Positions 60,477 to 64,000 of a DNA stretch of 64,000 bases are shown piece after piece. Source of the stretch: Nemertoderma westbladi (Eukaryota > Animalia > Xenacoelomorpha); contig JAUCBJ010008562.1 of NCBI GenBank assembly GCA_032718475.1, positions 62,001 through 126,000 of the forward strand. The letters are read 5' to 3'. The first letter of the stretch is position 1. Each line of letters opens with the position of its first letter. A model generated the notes under the pieces. The model was given only the letters and a program-made list of their open reading frames with translations. It searched no databases and was not told where the DNA came from. The position numbers and the translations under genes were made by a program.

Positions 60477-62015
60477 ATGGATAACCAATCTGAAGACTTT
60501 AATGAACCAGATGATGTCAGTCAACATCGTGGCGCCAGTGTCGATCAACATCCATTGCACAACCCGGACATGGCACCCCCTCCGCCTCCAGAATTACAAG
60601 GTACATCATGGGTACCCCCTCCACAGTTCCCAAGTACATCAAGGGTAATCCCTCCACAGTGCCCAAGTACATCATGGATACCCGCTCCACATTTCCCAAG
60701 TGCATCAAGGGTACTCCCTCCACAGTTCCCAAGTACATCAAGGGTACTCCCTCCACAGTTCCCAAGTACATCAAGGGTACTCCCTCCACAGTTCCCAAGT
60801 ACATCAAGGGTACTCCCTCCACAGTTCCCAAGTACATCAAGGGTACTCCCTCCACAGTTCCCAAGTGCATCAAGCGTACTCCCTCCACAGTTCCCAAGTA
60901 CATCAAGGGATTTCGACCAATCAGGTTACCAACAAACAAGCAGTGAATTTCATCCACCAGGGTGGATGAGTCCCTGGATTGATGATTCCGCGAGAATATG
61001 GCGTCCTTGGGTTCATGATTCCAAATCCAAAGTTACATCCGATATTGTTGAGTTACCTCCATTGCAAAGTACCTCATATCATGAGGTTCAGCTTCCTTAC
61101 TTCAAAAGAATATCTGGTACAGATAAATTTCCTGAAGTATCAAGAACATTGACTTCGAGGGAAATTCCTGGAAACCAAAGTACAGCCGGTGTGGAACATC
61201 TTTCTGGAAACCCAAGTACATCTCTCATGGGTCAGAGTTCTGTTGCATATGCTTTACCTGAACCTACAGAAATTCGATTTTCTTCCTTTAATATTAATAA
61301 TGGTACAAGCCTATATAGAACAATCATGTCAACGTCTGACTCTTTTGTTTCGCGTAATAAATATGTGCATAAGAAAGAATCTATTTCCATTTCGTTTGAT
61401 TATGAAACAAAAGTGCTAAAATGCAATAAAAAGCATGACAAATATTTCAAGTTAACAATTCATAGAAATACTTCGGTAAATATTCCACCAGTTGGAGATA
61501 ATGATTATATGTGTATGAATGTCACACTAAACAATACCTTAAAAGAAAAGTGTAAAGTTTTTTTGCATCATCGATACGATGCCGAATATTTACTTGGAGC
61601 GATTAAGGAAAAAGGAAAAGAAGACAGGAAGAAAAAGAGAACTGCAGAACCACGCGTTCCGAATCCGGAAGCTAACTCAGTAAATCTACCGAACCCTAAA
61701 ATGGTCATAATAACAAAAGATGATGGACAAGGAACCCCCCTTGATCTATTACAATTTGATTCAGTTGAGTATCCTATTAAATTAACCCTTAAAAATAACA
61801 AATTTGAATGCCAACAGATATATCAGGGCAGATATTATGATATATCATTGCAACATAGTCAAGTCGAAGATGTAAAAAAAATAAACGAAAACAATGTTGT
61901 CATTTTAAAAGTGCCGTTCGTTCATGGCACACCCTATTATGAATTCTCCTTTGCAAAAGAGGATGAAGCCAATGACTTTGAAAAGATAGTACGTGGAATT
62001 ATTAGTAATATTTGA
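60477..62015 (+). CDS. Intact intronless 512-aa protein: Pro/Ser-rich 11-aa repeats, internal WRPW, two C-terminal beta-rich (PH-like?) domains
   Basis: Uninterrupted ATG-TGA frame; TATAAA at ~60425; ~9 x SRVLPPQFPST; C-terminal YEFSFAKEDEANDFEKIV. Confidence 0.75.
   Translation: MDNQSEDFNEPDDVSQHRGASVDQHPLHNPDMAPPPPPELQGTSWVPPPQFPSTSRVIPPQCPSTSWIPAPHFPSASRVLPPQFPSTSRVLPPQFPSTSRVLPPQFPSTSRVLPPQFPSTSRVLPPQFPSASSVLPPQFPSTSRDFDQSGYQQTSSEFHPPGWMSPWIDDSARIWRPWVHDSKSKVTSDIVELPPLQSTSYHEVQLPYFKRISGTDKFPEVSRTLTSREIPGNQSTAGVEHLSGNPSTSLMGQSSVAYALPEPTEIRFSSFNINNGTSLYRTIMSTSDSFVSRNKYVHKKESISISFDYETKVLKCNKKHDKYFKLTIHRNTSVNIPPVGDNDYMCMNVTLNNTLKEKCKVFLHHRYDAEYLLGAIKEKGKEDRKKKRTAEPRVPNPEANSVNLPNPKMVIITKDDGQGTPLDLLQFDSVEYPIKLTLKNNKFECQQIYQGRYYDISLQHSQVEDVKKINENNVVILKVPFVHGTPYYEFSFAKEDEANDFEKIVRGIISNI
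60598..60910 (+). repeat. 33-bp coding tandem repeat, ~9 copies
   Basis: CAAGGGTACTCCCTCCACAGTTCCCAAGTACAT units. Confidence 0.95.
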
Positions 62016-62535
62016 TTATTTAAATGCTAAACATAATAGGTAATATTAAATATTTTTGTCTCGGGTGCGGCTCAACTACCAGGATAGTCAACGCTGTAAC
62101 ATTACAATGTGTTAAGTCAATTTGGTACTAAACAAATGTAACTATCTAACTCTGTGTATAATCTCTGTATATACTCTGTATATGGATAATATATTAGATT
62201 TCTTTATTTCCAATATTTGAGTAAAACTCTTTAATTAAAACTATTAAATTAAGCCAAGGTGCAGATATGCACCCTGGCTAGTCCCTCTGATGCATTCATG
62301 CTGAAATTTAATAGTGTCCTGGCCCGGCCCCCATGCGAGTATTGAATCCACGACCTCCGATAGAGATGTTAATTCCCCCGATGCAACCCTTACTTCAAGG
62401 TGTGTCTTATTGCATTCTATCTACCAATGGCTGGGAAAATGCGGGAATCGACTTATATAATTATGGAAGTCGTCCTCACTTCAACCGAATAAGCATGGTG
62501 GACCTGGACAGCCCATGACTTTCTTGAGACGCATC

Positions 62536-64000
62536 TTAACCCTATTAAACCCGGGGGGGGGGGGGGGGGGAGGGGGGGGGTCAATATGACCCCTCCCGTG
62601 GTTTTTTTATTATAATTCTGAAACAAACGCAGTTGGGAATCTGAAATTTTATGACTTTTCCTAAAAATCTAATGTCTTCTTAGTAGTGAAAACCGTTTTC
62701 AAAAATATTGGGTAGTTTTCGAGTTATAGCACCATTTTTTAACCCTACTTTTGGCACTTGTTTGAGACGTTTTTTGAAAATTACATTTCATTAAATATTA
62801 ATTGTAACATCTCTATTTTTTATTACCACCGGTTTTTTGGTGTTAGCAATTGGATGAAATTCATATAAATTGATTTAGAAATTTCAAACTTGTTTTTATC
62901 GGCGGGTGCCAAATTTTGGTGCCAGCACCAAATATTGAAATATGTCCATTTTGTAAATTGATTGTTTGAAGCTTGTTTTTTACGTAATTGGGGTTTTTTG
63001 GGGTTCTGGTTTCGATGAAATATATACGAGTTGCTCCAAGCGTATCAAACTTGTATTTTTCGGTGCTGTTTGCAAATTTTGGTGCTAGCACGAAATTTTG
63101 AAAATCCATTCAATAGATAAAATTGCTTGTGACAATTTCTTTCTTGCATTTTAGAGGTTTATGGCTGTTCTGAATTCAATGGAATATATAATTATCGAAC
63201 TAGACATCTCAAACTTGTATATTTCGGAAGTGGGTGCAAAATGTGCTACTAGCACCAAATTTTGAAAACCATCAAATATATCATTTGATTGTGTCATCTT
63301 GTTTCTTGCGTTATATGGGTTTGTTAGGGTTCTGAATTCAATGGAATCAGTAAAAATTTCATAAGAGTTTTCAAACTTGTATTTTTCGCCGGTGGGTGAA
63401 AATTGTGATTGCACCAAATTTTGGAAAATGAGTAAATTGATCAGTAGATAGTATCATCTTGTTTCTTGCGTTATACGGGTTTATGAGGGTCCTGAATCCG
63501 ATGGAATCAATAAAAACAGCACTGGACATCGCAAACTTGTACTTTTTAGTAATGGGTACGAAATTTGGTGCTAGCACCAAAATTTGCCAAATTACGCCGA
63601 AAAATACAAGTAGCCATGATCTGGCATATTTGAAATGTATTCCATTAGAATCAGCGCCCTAGAAAACCTGAAAATGTGAATTTATAGCATCGTATAAGTG
63701 AATTAAAAATTCTGTGTTCTAACTGAAAAGTGCTGGTTACTTGTTTTTTTCATTTTTTTCCTACGCATAGAGGATTAAACAGACATTTATGGTAATCATA
63801 TCATTTTTAAATATTTTCCAATGTATTTTGCGCCCCAAAAAACTTGTATTGAAAAACAATTAGCCGAAAAATGTAACTTTCAAATTTTGTGAAAATTGTG
63901 CACTACTTGTAATTTTGGTGCTGCAATATTACCACCCCAGTACATTTTTTCGGAAATTTTTTTTTCGATCGGATCCATACTAGTGATACCTACGTACAAA
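62536..64000. mobile_element. Probable left end of a TTAA-targeting (piggyBac-like) non-autonomous element with ~160-bp diverged repeats (62890-63600)
   Basis: TTAA|CCCTATTAAACCCGGGG terminus; 4+ units sharing TCAAACTTGTA and GCACCAAATTTT; other end not in window. Confidence 0.45.

Noticed and set aside
60477-62015. Ripply or Hes orthologue
   Set aside because: No Ripply homology domain or bHLH; only the tetrapeptide is shared.
41978-62580. Long G runs (41978, 43267, 62553; also 3401) as functional G-quadruplexes
   Set aside because: Common in TE ends and length-unstable; no supporting evidence.
62861-63662. Short ORFs in the 160-bp repeats
   Set aside because: By-products of AT-rich diverged repeats with no conserved frame.

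Overview
Eukaryotic (invertebrate-like) transposon-dense region; no prokaryotic genes, rRNA or CRISPR. From left to right: (1) the 3' end of a plus-strand LTR-type element whose ORF has three CCHC knuckles (1-~3.3 kb); (2) a hairpin minisatellite and a gag+protease-only BEL/Pao derivative (minus strand, ~4.7-12.2 kb); (3) a very large BEL/Pao retrotransposon (minus, 12216-34433) with a duplicated Gag N-terminal module, full pol, a structured intergenic region and an orphan ~730-aa ORF in the env position, interrupted by a CRE-type non-LTR fragment and a young CsRn1-type Gypsy; (4) a second BEL pol fragment abutting the 3' end of another plus-strand LTR-type element; (5) a tandem Helentron/DINE-like element carrying an RTEX-like LINE; (6) MITEs and foldbacks, a Mag-type Gypsy, and a Gypsy with CG..CG termini inserted in a CR1/L2-group LINE; (7) a tRNA-derived SINE, one intact intronless 512-aa gene and the start of a TTAA-type element. 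The best candidate for an undescribed system is the set of LTR elements with non-env 3' ORFs ending in basic tails, together with a duplicated, covarying pseudoknot-like RNA upstream of one such ORF and triplicated palindromic motifs downstream of the other two. Family names come from motif recognition, not database searches.
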